Under the pieces are notes generated by a model. The model saw only the letters and a list, made by a program, of their open reading frames with translations. It ran no database searches and was not told the origin of the DNA. This document shows positions 36,102-46,338 of a stretch of 64,000 nt of DNA, in pieces. The stretch covers positions 1 through 64,000 of IMG/VR virus record IMGVR_UViG_3300032323_001119, one strand, 5' to 3'. A program made the position numbers and the translations under genes. The stretch's first letter is position 1; each line of letters opens with the position of its first letter. Source of the DNA: a virus.

Positions 36102-36478
36102 TTATACTTTTTTACGTCCTGTTTTTTTAGGAGGTCTTGGACTAGTATTAAGTTCACGGCGTATACCATGTCTATTAATATCTGTCTTAAGTCCCTGTCG
36201 TGGATTCTTGCGAGTTGCCTCACGACTAGTGACTGCTCCTGCTGCTGCACCACTTGGTGGTGGAGTCATTCCTGTTCCGTCCATTGACATTAGTCCATAT
36301 CCTCTTCTGATTCAACATTAGATCCACGAAATTCTTGTGAAGATCCAAGGGGATTAGATGAGTCTGTTCCGAACATGATTGGGGATGGTAGTTGGCCTGG
36401 ACCAACATCATAAACATTTTGATTAGGCATCTCTACGCCCATAAAGGCTTCTGAGCTGCATCCACACATAGCGCACAT
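36102..36478 (-). CDS. Two coupled small proteins (36290-36478, 36102-36290)
   Basis: TAATG overlap; MCAMCGC N-terminus; basic C-terminus in the second. Confidence 0.55.
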
Positions 36479-36975
36479 TATACGCCTCGATTTGCCCAGG
36501 CATTTGCCCAGAAGTCTACTTGATCTTCAGCCTTAACCTCTGCAGGCTTTGGCGCTTCTGACTTTATTGGCGCTGTGGGTGCTACATCAGGCTTTGATGT
36601 TAAGTTTTCTGACATGTTACTTACCGTTGTTTCCTACTCCAGATCCATCTTGTGATGACTTGTCTGCTGCTGGAAATGCAGAAGCTGGTGCCTCTGTGTA
36701 ATTTTCTGTAGGCCAAGGTGATGAGCCTGCTGGCTTTGTATCGTTAAATCCTGTTAAATTCAATCCGTCTGTCATTTTTTTTCTCCTATAGGTTATTATT
36801 TAAGCGGGACTAGTAATCCGCTTATCAGTCTATTATACCATCTGGTTGATTAGAACTAGAATCGATATACTCTGGGTGTGCCTCTAAATAAGATTTAGGA
36901 GGTTGCTTTAGGCCATATTTTGCCATCAAAATATGTATTGGTGCTTGCTTCGAATCATCTATTTTCATATTGTCA

Positions 36976-37518
36976 TTACCTTTCATTATCTTTATCTGGC
37001 CAACAAAATCCCACTAAAGCTTGTCGTGACCCTCCAGTTACTTCTTCTACGTTATGCAATAAATCTTTTTCACCTTTAAAAAATACAAGCATTCCTGGCT
37101 CTGGAATAAGCACCAAGTTGTGGTTAATAAATTTTAATAGGCCTCCACTAAAATCATTGTTTAGATAAAGTAAAGCTGAAACATCTTCTTGCTGAGACTG
37201 CTCTTGATTATCCCAATGTGGGGGATTTACTGCTCCTCTTTCCATAATGCTGTGGAACATGGATTTTATCTTCATTTTTGTCCCGTAATGATTTGATATT
37301 TCATTAGATATTTTTTTTAACACTGAAGACTCAATGCTGTCTTCATTCATTAAATCATGATATTCTTTTTGATCAAAGGATATAGAAAATCCACTTTTAA
37401 TTAGTTCTGAGTCTGGAGTAGAAGTAACATCTTTGCTAAATTTACTTATTAGATTTTTACTTTCTTCTTTAGTTATAAATCCTCTAATAACAAAAATTTT
37501 ATTTAAATATGTTTCCAC
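36976..37518 (-). CDS. 2OG-Fe(II) oxygenase
   Basis: HWD...YLNNDFSGG...HNVEEVTGGSR. Confidence 0.85.
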   Translation of the reverse strand: METYLNKIFVIRGFITKEESKNLISKFSKDVTSTPDSELIKSGFSISFDQKEYHDLMNEDSIESSVLKKISNEISNHYGTKMKIKSMFHSIMERGAVNPPHWDNQEQSQQEDVSALLYLNNDFSGGLLKFINHNLVLIPEPGMLVFFKGEKDLLHNVEEVTGGSRQALVGFCWPDKDNER

Positions 37519-37658
37519 TTAAGACTTCTTTGCTCTTTGTCCTCTATACCCAGTCTTCTTTTTATTCATTGAACCTGGCTTTTTGTAGCCCGCTCCATTT
37601 GGAGTTGCTGCAATTCTTTGTTCAAGAGCCTTCTTTATTTTATCTAAATGCTTTGACA

Positions 37659-37868
37659 TTACTTTACGCCTTTCCCAAATATTGCCCATAATCTTTCATG
37701 AATAAAATACCCTGCTGCTTCAAAAACAATATATAATAATGCGCCTAGAGTTGCATACTCCCACTCGCCAGTAAATAAAAATATAATGCCAGCAAGAACT
37801 ACAAGGTGAAAGGTTTCCCAGCTTAAAGTTTTTATTGAACTTCTTTTATTTGATTCCATTTTGATCAT
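37659..37868 (-). CDS. DUF2061-like membrane protein
   Basis: RSSIKTLSW...YFIHERLW. Confidence 0.7.
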   Translation of the reverse strand: MIKMESNKRSSIKTLSWETFHLVVLAGIIFLFTGEWEYATLGALLYIVFEAAGYFIHERLWAIFGKGVK

Positions 37869-38643
37869 CTACCATTTCTTTTACTAAGTAATGAATTGAA
37901 GAAACATTGTTGTCAGATGGGTGATAGCTTATTAATAAGTCAGTAACTCCCATATTCTTCAATTTTAAAATTTCAGATTTAATTTTATCTTTGTTACCAT
38001 ACATAGTCCACTGTCCTGATCCTGGGTTACTATCTAGCATACCAGATATTTCTTCTTCTGAATCGTTTATTATTATGCTTATTGATACCATTTGTTTTTT
38101 ATTTACTATAAAGTCTGGATTATTTAAAGACTGCTTATACATGTTTAATGCAGATAAGTGAGTGGCATTATATTTTTCTGCCATCTTTTTTGTTTCATTT
38201 GAGTGTCCAGCCATTACAATTACAGGCAAGCTATCGCCTGCAAGCTCTACAAATTTCGACATCCATTTATCAGTGTACACAAGCCTTTTTTCAGGTGTCT
38301 CCAAATCCCCTATAGAAGAGACAAGATCTTCTAGTGAGCTTTCTTCTGAATGTATATCACCAGAAACAATATTTAACATTAGTCTATTTGGAGATATGTC
38401 TTTAAAGGCCTTGCACATCATGGCGCAATATTCTGGACTGATTGCATAGGTTCTAATTGCTGGCATATATTTAAATTTATGATTTATATCCAGAACCCTT
38501 GCTGCTTTAATCCAATTATCAGAAATTTTGGAATGATAGACTAAAAGCACTGACTCGTATTTAAACTCATCTAATATATTAGAAATTGATTTTAAATACT
38601 CAACACTGCTATTGTTTCCTCTTTCCATCCAGTGAAAGTTCAT
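37846..38643 (-). CDS. Luciferase-like (LLM) flavin monooxygenase
   Basis: KYMPAIR...SPNRLMLNIVSG pattern of the SsuD/LLM family. Confidence 0.7.
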   Translation of the reverse strand: MNFHWMERGNNSSVEYLKSISNILDEFKYESVLLVYHSKISDNWIKAARVLDINHKFKYMPAIRTYAISPEYCAMMCKAFKDISPNRLMLNIVSGDIHSEESSLEDLVSSIGDLETPEKRLVYTDKWMSKFVELAGDSLPVIVMAGHSNETKKMAEKYNATHLSALNMYKQSLNNPDFIVNKKQMVSISIIINDSEEEISGMLDSNPGSGQWTMYGNKDKIKSEILKLKNMGVTDLLISYHPSDNNVSSIHYLVKEMVDDQNGIK

Positions 38644-38669
38644 ATTCCCATTCTATCATTTATAGGGTA

Positions 38670-38701
38670 AAGGGGCAAGACCCTAGGATCCTGCCCCTTT
38701 A
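38670..38701 (-). terminator. Intrinsic terminator
   Basis: AAGGGGCAGGA...TCTTGCCCCTT hairpin after 38713..39792. Confidence 0.65.
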
Positions 38702-38712
38702 ATTGAAGTTAA

Positions 38713-39792
38713 TTACTTCTTTAGCTTAACCTTTGCACGTGGGTTCTTTGCATTCCACTTCTTTGCTAGGTCATTGTACTCTGCAATAAAAGTTGCTCTA
38801 GCAATTGCTGCTTGTGCTTTTGCTGTTGCTTCCGCTGCTCTTGCTGCTGCTACTGCAGCTGTTGCAGTTGCTGAGTCAGTTGCAAACTTTGCTGCTGCAT
38901 CTGCTAGTGCTTTGTCTGATGCCGCCTTGTCTGCTGCACGACCAGCTCTTTCTGCTGCAAGTGCTGCGTTAGCGACTGCTAGCTCTGAAGTTCTAGTTGC
39001 AAGCTCGCCTGCAAGATCACGTACGGCAATTGTTGCAACTACAGAACCTACTGGTACTGCAAGGCCTGTTACGGCTGCTGCTACTGTTGCGTATGCTGTA
39101 ACAACTACTTGTCCAGAAGCAGGAAGTGTAACTGTCTGCTCCTTTGTTCCAATAGTTGCTACTGCTGTGTCTGTTGTTAGCGCTGTTACAATAGCTGCAC
39201 CGTTTGAGCTTACAAGAGTGTTAATTGTTGATCCACCCTTTAGGTTACCAAACACATCGTATCCTGCTACTCTGAGTGTTGCAACTGTTCCAGCTGCTCC
39301 AGATGATGGTGCAGTGATAGCGATTGAGTTCAAGGCACCTGCGGTACCCTGCACATAGTAAACTGTTGTAGTTCCAGCACGAGTGATTGATACTGTTCCT
39401 ACTGCTGTACTTTTAGTGTATACATAAAAGTCTGCTGAGTTTCCAGTCCCTGTTGAAACTGAAAGTGTTGATGAACCGCTTGAAGCGGTTACTGGTGCTG
39501 TTGGTGTTGCTAAAGCAGGTACAATAGTTGCATTGGTTGCAACTGCTGTTACAACTGTTCCAGTGTCAACTGATGTTACTGCAATACGCAATGCATCTGC
39601 TGCATCGATACTGTTATCTGCTGGCACTGGTAGTGCTACAGGAGTTCCTACTACTGTACCACCTGTTGCTGCAGATCCCGCCACCGTTAGGGTAACAGTT
39701 CCAGCATTAGCCTGAGCTGCTGGCGATACAAGCATTGTGCTAGTCAGGGCTGCAGCGATGATTAGCGATACTTTCTTAAATGAATTCATCAT
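38713..39792 (-). CDS. Secreted Ala/Thr/Val-rich cell-surface protein (host-like)
   Basis: Sec signal MNSFKKVSLIIAAAL...AQA; beta-rich body; coiled-coil then basic tail. Confidence 0.7.
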   Translation of the reverse strand: MMNSFKKVSLIIAAALTSTMLVSPAAQANAGTVTLTVAGSAATGGTVVGTPVALPVPADNSIDAADALRIAVTSVDTGTVVTAVATNATIVPALATPTAPVTASSGSSTLSVSTGTGNSADFYVYTKSTAVGTVSITRAGTTTVYYVQGTAGALNSIAITAPSSGAAGTVATLRVAGYDVFGNLKGGSTINTLVSSNGAAIVTALTTDTAVATIGTKEQTVTLPASGQVVVTAYATVAAAVTGLAVPVGSVVATIAVRDLAGELATRTSELAVANAALAAERAGRAADKAASDKALADAAAKFATDSATATAAVAAARAAEATAKAQAAIARATFIAEYNDLAKKWNAKNPRAKVKLKK

Positions 39793-39992
39793 TCTCCTTA
39801 TTTTAATCTAATTCTTAAACGAATCAGAAACTTAGTGTAATTCTATCATTTTGACATGGAAAGAGCAAGGGTCTCCACCCTCATCCAATTCCTTCATTTC
39901 TTCTTCTGACATTGGTGGGCCATCATGCGTATCGCAAAACACGTCTGATATCCATCCTTTATCATAACCAAATTTAACCCAATCTTCAAATC

Positions 39993-40295
39993 CTAAATCC
40001 ATTCAGATATCTCTTCTAGGAATTTATGCTTTGGCATTGCGCCCTTGGTTCTTTTTACTTCTTTTCCGCCTTTAAAAACAATTACTGTAGGCAAAGAAAT
40101 AACATTATACTTTTCTGCACTTATAGTGTTTTCATCAGCATCAATTTTTCCTATCCAAACATTATTTTCTGCTGCTATTTCATCTAAAATAGGAGAAAAT
40201 CGTCTGCATGGACTGCACCACTCTGCCCAAAAATCTACAAGAACTACGTCGTGAGACGATATAACTTCATCAAAATTACTATCAGTTACAATCAT
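39993..40295 (-). CDS. trxA: Thioredoxin
   Basis: VDFWAEWCSPC; SLPT. Confidence 0.92.
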   Translation of the reverse strand: MIVTDSNFDEVISSHDVVLVDFWAEWCSPCRRFSPILDEIAAENNVWIGKIDADENTISAEKYNVISLPTVIVFKGGKEVKRTKGAMPKHKFLEEISEWI

Positions 40296-40501
40296 TCTTT
40301 ATCCTTTAGGGCTTCTGCTGCATCATTAAATCGAATCATAAAATTTTGGATTACCCAAAATGTTGTTTCGCCAGCGTTTTTAGACATGGCTTCAGATGCC
40401 TCTGGAGTTCTATCTTCTTCCGCTAATGAATTATACCATTTCTGATATAGTTCATGACCAAGATCTTTAATAATTCCGTCTAGAACCGTTAGCTCAGCCA
40501 T
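40292..40501 (-). CDS. Hypothetical protein
   Basis: MAELTVLD... overlapping neighbours. Confidence 0.55.
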   Translation of the reverse strand: MAELTVLDGIIKDLGHELYQKWYNSLAEEDRTPEASEAMSKNAGETTFWVIQNFMIRFNDAAEALKDKE

Positions 40502-41666
40502 TAAGTTTTGCCATCCAAGCTGCTTTAGATGCATTAAGCTTATCTTGTGCAGCCTTTAGCTCAATGGCATACTGTGCTTCTGCTGCTGCAATTCCTGCAT
40601 TAACCTCAGCTCTGATCGCTGCTGCCCTTGCTGCTGCTTCTGCTGCCTTTGCTGCTGCTTCTGCTGCCTTTGCTGCTGCTTCTGCTGCTGCCTTTTCTGC
40701 TGCAGAATTATCAATCTTCTTAGGTAATTCAACAGGGATTGCAGTACTAGCCACATTTAAGGAACTTGGCATTAGCTTTGCAAATGTGCCTTGCCTTCCT
40801 TTTGTTTGCAAAGAGTTTGCAGATAACATAGAAATTAATTGGCTACCAGCAATTCCAGTTCTGCTAGATACAGACAAATAGGTTGCTGCTGCTACCTGTG
40901 TAGCAGATGATGTTCCAGCAATATTTTTTGAAACATTTCCTGGTCCTGGCAAACTCATGCTTCCTAGCGCAAAGAAGTCAAGTAAGGCTGAGTCGTTATT
41001 GCTGTATGAAGCAATCTCGCCAATCTGATCTACTGCTCCTACTGCTACAACATCTGAAATGCATGAAGGCCAATCAATTCTTGAGTAATCACGAGCATTA
41101 CCTACTGCTGAAAAAACTGGAATAGACATTGAATTTAAAGATTGAACTACAGAAATTGTACGAGTAAATGTTGGACAATACTGTGTTCCAGCCCTGCCCA
41201 GAAGTCCGTTACTTCCTTGAGAAAGTGATACTGCCTTTACATTATACTTTGATGCATTGTCTCTTACCCATGCAAGTGCTGCAGAGATTGTAGGCTCTCC
41301 TGCTGGCTTTCTAAGGCCAGCTGGGGTATTAGCAATAATCTTTACAAAAAGAATTTTAATATTAGGGTTAGTTCTTACTGCTGCGCTAGCCATAAATGTT
41401 CCGTGATCAAATCCATTTCTAGTAATAAGATCTGATGGCATTGATGCGGAGCCAGCTCCCTCTTGAAAGTTGGTTCCATTAGGGCAAAGAGCCCATTCAA
41501 GAATACAAACTTCTCCAACAATCTTTCCTTGTAGTTCTGGTAGTGATGTGTCGATAGCAGTGTCTAGGATAGCCAAGACTGGGGCATCGACATTATTAGC
41601 CTTTGCAATTGCAATAGGTGATAGAAGTGATAAAGTAAGTACCGCCGTTATTAGTTTATTTTTCAT
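40494..41666 (-). CDS. Secreted S8 (subtilisin-like) peptidase with Ala-rich tail
   Basis: Signal peptide; ILDT, HGT, GN, GTS triad motifs; 21-bp repeats at ~40630-40690. Confidence 0.85.
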   Translation of the reverse strand: MKNKLITAVLTLSLLSPIAIAKANNVDAPVLAILDTAIDTSLPELQGKIVGEVCILEWALCPNGTNFQEGAGSASMPSDLITRNGFDHGTFMASAAVRTNPNIKILFVKIIANTPAGLRKPAGEPTISAALAWVRDNASKYNVKAVSLSQGSNGLLGRAGTQYCPTFTRTISVVQSLNSMSIPVFSAVGNARDYSRIDWPSCISDVVAVGAVDQIGEIASYSNNDSALLDFFALGSMSLPGPGNVSKNIAGTSSATQVAAATYLSVSSRTGIAGSQLISMLSANSLQTKGRQGTFAKLMPSSLNVASTAIPVELPKKIDNSAAEKAAAEAAAKAAEAAAKAAEAAARAAAIRAEVNAGIAAAEAQYAIELKAAQDKLNASKAAWMAKLNG

Positions 41667-41835
41667 ACCCTAAGTATACTAAATTGACTGGGTTTGTCAA
41701 GACTTTGGCCGATACCATTTCCCTGAATCTAATTCAAGACCTGACTTTTCGTTAATAAGATCATTTACAAGAACTATCAGTATATCTGTTACGGCGCTGA
41801 GCTCTTCTACTCTATTTTCAAGAGCCTTTATTTTT

Positions 41836-42207
41836 TTAGATTTCCTCACTATTTGCCTTATCTATGGGTGTAGGTGCAGTAGCCAAACTACCGCACATCA
41901 TGCATTCCATATCTAAAAAGTAATTAGATATTTCATAATCTGAGAATGTTACCTTTAGTAGCCAAACTTGTGAACCACAAGGGCAGGTGTGAGTTGGTGT
42001 GCCTCTGAGATCCATTGCATTATCATAATCAATAGGGGGTATGTAGTTAGGGTCACTTTTAACAATTGATATCAGTGCGTCCTGTACAGCCTCTTCGTAC
42101 TTATCAATGTAATAAAAGCCCACTTTAAATCTTTTAAAAAACATTCTAAGAAAAAATGTTAAAAGAATTGCGCTTATTGTTACAGATATAATGAATGCAA
42201 TTTTCAT
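41836..42207 (-). CDS. Membrane-anchored Zn-ribbon protein
   Basis: N-terminal TM; CPCGS...CMMCGS. Confidence 0.6.
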   Translation of the reverse strand: MKIAFIISVTISAILLTFFLRMFFKRFKVGFYYIDKYEEAVQDALISIVKSDPNYIPPIDYDNAMDLRGTPTHTCPCGSQVWLLKVTFSDYEISNYFLDMECMMCGSLATAPTPIDKANSEEI

Positions 42208-42221
42208 ATAATCATTATACC

Positions 42222-42779
42222 TTAAACTTGAATATATGTATAGGGTGCTGCTACGCTCATATTAAATTCAGTTGCAGCTTCAAGAGCAGCTTTTAGTCTT
42301 AGTTTCGGGTTCTTTTGATTTTTTGTGGCATATAAAGCACCAAGTGCTATCTGACCACCGCTTCCCTCAGCCATATAATTTACAACATTTTCTCCAACAT
42401 GAAAGTCTTCATCTACAGTAAAAAGCCTTCCGCATACACCAACTATAAATATTCCTCCAGTGTCTTCATCTGAAGAAGATCCTATGCTGCCGTATCCGTT
42501 ATCTTTAAATGCCTGCTTAACTGAGTCTACAAATTTAGTTCTCATAAACTTATCTAAGCCTGAATTAGTTTTTGTTGGAGTATATTTTGGTGGAGTCCAA
42601 GAATACTGCAGAATCTGTCCCATTCTAAATGAATCAGTAAAAGCTATTCCGTACTGTCCAACCTTGAAACACTTTGGTTCTTTTCTAGATATGATCCAGC
42701 CAGTTTTATCATCTGAGGCTGCGTGGTCGGAACCCATATAAACTGTCCCATTTTGAGCAATAGCAACTATACATGTCAT
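42222..42779 (-). CDS. Ntn-hydrolase, HslV/proteasome-beta-like peptidase
   Basis: N-terminal MTCIVA, GSD, GSGGQIALGAL. Confidence 0.8.
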   Translation of the reverse strand: MTCIVAIAQNGTVYMGSDHAASDDKTGWIISRKEPKCFKVGQYGIAFTDSFRMGQILQYSWTPPKYTPTKTNSGLDKFMRTKFVDSVKQAFKDNGYGSIGSSSDEDTGGIFIVGVCGRLFTVDEDFHVGENVVNYMAEGSGGQIALGALYATKNQKNPKLRLKAALEAATEFNMSVAAPYTYIQV

Positions 42780-42811
42780 GATACCAGTATACTATTTATA
42801 AATTCGTAGTG

Positions 42812-43117
42812 CTAGTCCTCATTTATGTGAATTTCAACATGCTCTAATTTAAGCAGGGACTCTTCTAGGTCCGCCTTAACATGAATTAGCTCCTGTAAAG
42901 CCTCATAATATTTATTTTTCCATTCATCTAGATCTTTTTCTAATTTATATAGCTTTATCTGCAAATCTTTAAGCTCAATTAAAAGTCCATCATGGAGTTT
43001 TTCTTGAAGTCTAATCTGCTCTTTTTTCTTTTCTCTTTTATAATTAAACAAAACACCTATTAAGCCACTAGAAACAGAGGCCAAGATAGTTATAATTATT
43101 TGAGTAGTATTTAGCAT
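42812..43117 (-). CDS. TM plus coiled-coil protein
   Basis: N-terminal hydrophobic helix, heptad repeats. Confidence 0.6.
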   Translation of the reverse strand: MLNTTQIIITILASVSSGLIGVLFNYKREKKKEQIRLQEKLHDGLLIELKDLQIKLYKLEKDLDEWKNKYYEALQELIHVKADLEESLLKLEHVEIHINED

Positions 43118-43147
43118 TATTACATAATTATACCGTAATATATACCT

Positions 43148-43384
43148 TTATACGAGCAGTTCAGAAGCCTTTATTTCTTCTCCAACATATTTCTTTTTGG
43201 CGATATAGTCTTTTACTGTTTCGTGACCATATTGTCTACCAGATAATATTACAGTCCATCTAGGCTCAAATTTATTAGATATACATGTTTCACACATTAG
43301 CAAATTAATTGGCAAAAGTGAGGACCTTTTTAAGTTCAAGTTAGCCTTGCTCTTATTGCAGCTATAGCATAGCACCTTTTCCAC
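43148..43384 (-). CDS. Zn-binding hypothetical protein
   Basis: CYSC...CETC. Confidence 0.6.
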   Translation of the reverse strand: MEKVLCYSCNKSKANLNLKRSSLLPINLLMCETCISNKFEPRWTVILSGRQYGHETVKDYIAKKKYVGEEIKASELLV

Positions 43385-43842
43385 TATTCAATTACCTCTC
43401 TGTCGCATTGGGTGTTAGCAAAAAATCTTTCTGAATCAAATCTCCAGCTATCTAATGAAAATATCTTTGCAAAATCATAAACTAAATTAGAGTATGTCTC
43501 TTCGTCTGTCTTGTCTTTAACCTTTAATATTGCATCCGTTGCTTGATAATACTGTTCTCTTAAAAATACACACTCTCCTGCTGGAGGCCTTCTAAGAACT
43601 TTTGAATGCACCTTGCCGCTAGGCTCATAAAGAGTTACTGTAAGAAAATGTTTTGCAAATCCCCAGTCTTTGTACTCATTGTATCCATTAACTGCAAGCA
43701 AGGCGTCTGGCCACATATATATTGCTCTTTCTGGATACTCTCCGTCTCTAGATGTAGTTAGCATATACATACCCTTTGGATCTTCTTTGTATGCAGCAAT
43801 CTGTACTTCATGCGATGCGTGTGCTTTTACGTACTCTGACAT
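43384..43842 (-). CDS. Hypothetical protein
   Basis: Coupled ORF. Confidence 0.6.
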   Translation of the reverse strand: MSEYVKAHASHEVQIAAYKEDPKGMYMLTTSRDGEYPERAIYMWPDALLAVNGYNEYKDWGFAKHFLTVTLYEPSGKVHSKVLRRPPAGECVFLREQYYQATDAILKVKDKTDEETYSNLVYDFAKIFSLDSWRFDSERFFANTQCDREVIE

Positions 43843-44016
43843 TAATTTATCTCCTTGTTTATTTTGATTTCATCTAAAATAATAAAATCATTAGAATCAA
43901 AAGGCTCTACAACCTCTTCAAAACCGTCGTGATACTTTATTGCTGACATATAAGCTCCATAAGAAACAATTATGCCATGCTTTTGCTCTGGTATTATAAA
44001 TACCTTCGAAGGTATA

Positions 44017-44340
44017 TCAAATTCTTCTTCCACCTGGCTTGCCCTCCAACTCGACTCGTACCCCGTATGATTCCAGGATCCTTTTAACCATTTCAATATA
44101 ATCTATAACTTTTAATCTCATACTTCCATCGTACTGTGAAAAATTATCTTCATATAATCTTATTGCTAAAAACTCAGGATACTTTACTATATCCATCTGT
44201 AAGTCGGTAGAAGGGCTTTTTAGCTCTCTGACCTTTCGTGACATTTCTTTTGTATAAAAAACTGGTTTATTTGCTTCACCAGTCCATTGATTAATTCCAT
44301 ACTTAAAGTGATTTTTATCTTTATCTATAAAGTTAGCCAT
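44017..44340 (-). CDS. Hypothetical protein
   Basis: Coupled ORF. Confidence 0.6.
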   Translation of the reverse strand: MANFIDKDKNHFKYGINQWTGEANKPVFYTKEMSRKVRELKSPSTDLQMDIVKYPEFLAIRLYEDNFSQYDGSMRLKVIDYIEMVKRILESYGVRVELEGKPGGRRI

Positions 44341-45040
44341 TTAGCCACCTTTCAAGTGACTCCTTTGACCTATCTTTTATTGCTTCAAGATACTCTGGCG
44401 TGTTATAGTGCAAGAATGTTCCAGGAGACATACCAATCTCAGTTGCAAACAAAGAATAGGCATATCTAGTACCAGATAAAACTGGTTTTGTTCCATGGAA
44501 ATATGGTGCTTCTGCATGGTGAATTATTACATCTCCAGGCTCTGGTTTATAAGAAAGCTTTCCTTCTGGTGAAGGATCGTACTCATCTAATAATTTACCA
44601 CTCTCATCAAATGCTGGATAGAAAACTTCCCCACCTTCAAAATCACCTAGATATGCAACTAAACCATATGATATAAGGCTGCATGTACCATATCCATCTT
44701 CTTGAGTTAGCATGTCTCTATTCTCCATGCCAGGGCTATCACAATGAACAAACATTCCTGCTTGACCTGGCCTTGAAGCAATAACCTTATCCTGTGGGTT
44801 AATGATGTATTCTGGATAAATTAAATCAGAAACTTTTTCCCAAATATCAAAGAACTCTGGTATTGAAGGGCTCATTTTATCATAATACCATTCGATAAAA
44901 TCATCATCTTCCCAAAATTCTTTAGGGTCTATTGTTTCTAAAAGAGAAACAAATTTGTCTACCATGTCTTTAGGTATATATCCTTTAAACAAATATATCT
45001 CATCTGCTAGCTTTATGCATCCTGGCTTATCCGAAAACAT
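44333..45040 (-). CDS. 2OG-Fe(II) oxygenase (paralogue of 12332..13180)
   Basis: HCDSPG...YGLVAYLGDFEGGE...HGTKPVLSGTRY. Confidence 0.85.
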   Translation of the reverse strand: MFSDKPGCIKLADEIYLFKGYIPKDMVDKFVSLLETIDPKEFWEDDDFIEWYYDKMSPSIPEFFDIWEKVSDLIYPEYIINPQDKVIASRPGQAGMFVHCDSPGMENRDMLTQEDGYGTCSLISYGLVAYLGDFEGGEVFYPAFDESGKLLDEYDPSPEGKLSYKPEPGDVIIHHAEAPYFHGTKPVLSGTRYAYSLFATEIGMSPGTFLHYNTPEYLEAIKDRSKESLERWLNG

Positions 45041-45041
45041 T

Positions 45042-45353
45042 TTAACCCCCGTGTTTTTTCTTTAAGATCTTATCTATATCTTTAGTTTTGTGTATATTTT
45101 TTGATTTATCTCTTACCCCATTAGACAAGTATACACCACCCCATACGCCATAGTTCTCAGACTCTTTACCGTATTCATAGCATATTGCTATCACTGGGCA
45201 GGATATGCATGCTTGATCAATGCTTTTTGCAACATTGATGTCGGACTCATATAGATCAAAAAATAGGTTAGTGTCCATGCCTAAGCATAGGGCAAGATCT
45301 TGCCATTGAACTGAGTCTTTATCTACCCCTAGGCTATTTAAAAAATTTGACAT
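45042..45353 (-). CDS. whiB: WhiB family transcription factor
   Basis: WQDLALC...CISCPV...C...GVWGG. Confidence 0.92.
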   Translation of the reverse strand: MSNFLNSLGVDKDSVQWQDLALCLGMDTNLFFDLYESDINVAKSIDQACISCPVIAICYEYGKESENYGVWGGVYLSNGVRDKSKNIHKTKDIDKILKKKHGG

Positions 45354-45564
45354 ACTTTACTGGCAGCCTCCATGTTCCGTCATTTTCAACGAAAAATTTC
45401 TCTGCAGTACCCCAATCATTTCTAAACATTCCTTTAGGGTTTGTAAAACCAGAGGCATCCTTTTTCCAAACAACTAGGTCGTAGTTTTCCCAAAACGCTT
45501 TAACGTTTTTATGTTTATTTTTTTTAATTAGAACTTCTACACCAAGCTCAGTTAAGTTAAGCAA
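45334..45564 (-). CDS. Hypothetical protein
   Basis: TTG start after AGGAAG. Confidence 0.6.
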   Translation of the reverse strand: MLNLTELGVEVLIKKNKHKNVKAFWENYDLVVWKKDASGFTNPKGMFRNDWGTAEKFFVENDGTWRLPVKYVKFFK

Positions 45565-45580
45565 CTAACTTCCTATCTAG

Positions 45581-45664
45581 TACCCATAGTCGGATTTGAA
45601 CCGACACTCCACAGTTGGAGGCAAATTTTAAGTCTGCTGCGTCTGCCGATTCCGCCATACGGGC
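45581..45664 (-). tRNA. tRNA-Leu(UAA)
   Basis: GCAGA-CTTAAAA-TTTGC; long variable arm. Confidence 0.9.
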
Positions 45665-45863
45665 ATAATGCTTAACATTATTATACCGTGATCGACATAG
45701 CATGTCAACTGTTTTTTGAAGTTTTTAATATTTTGACAGACTTTATTTCATCATCTATATTAAATATATCTGATATATAGTCCTTGGCATCATCTTCGGA
45801 AAAAGCTTCAACTTCTGCTATTACCTCTAACTTAATGCTGTATTTGTTCATAATATAATTATA

Positions 45864-46154
45864 CTACTGTTGAGCTTTTTTATCTACTGATGTAAATGCT
45901 GCATTAATTTCATCAATTGTTAGTTTGCCGTCGTCTAGAAAACCTCTTGCAAGCCTTTCAACCACGGTGGCAACGCCAAGAGTACCTGCTAGTATTACTG
46001 CTTTATATGTTTCTATTCCTACGACTGCGCCTGCTCCAATTACTGAAAGACCAGATGCGGCAAATACGGCTACTATACGCATAAATATATTGTTTATGCT
46101 TGCTATAGCACCTCCGCCAACATGCTGTGGTTCATTAATATTTTTTCTTGCCAT
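45864..46154 (-). CDS. Two-TM membrane protein
   Basis: Hydrophobic helices; DDGKLTIDE tail. Confidence 0.65.
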   Translation of the reverse strand: MARKNINEPQHVGGGAIASINNIFMRIVAVFAASGLSVIGAGAVVGIETYKAVILAGTLGVATVVERLARGFLDDGKLTIDEINAAFTSVDKKAQQ

Positions 46155-46155
46155 C

Positions 46156-46338
46156 TTATTCCTCATTTCTATTTCTAATCGGACTTGTAATTATCCAAAG
46201 AGCTGTGGTTGCCATGATTCCATAACCAACAACAGTCTTTGCACTTCCGTCCAGAACTACCCAAGCAATAAACATACCAAGAAGGGTCCATGCTTGGTCA
46301 ACCATATCCTTTAGAATATTTTTTACTATTCTTACCAT
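46156..46338 (-). CDS. Small two-TM membrane protein
   Basis: WTLLGMFIAWVVL; overlaps upstream gene. Confidence 0.6.
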   Translation of the reverse strand: MVRIVKNILKDMVDQAWTLLGMFIAWVVLDGSAKTVVGYGIMATTALWIITSPIRNRNEE

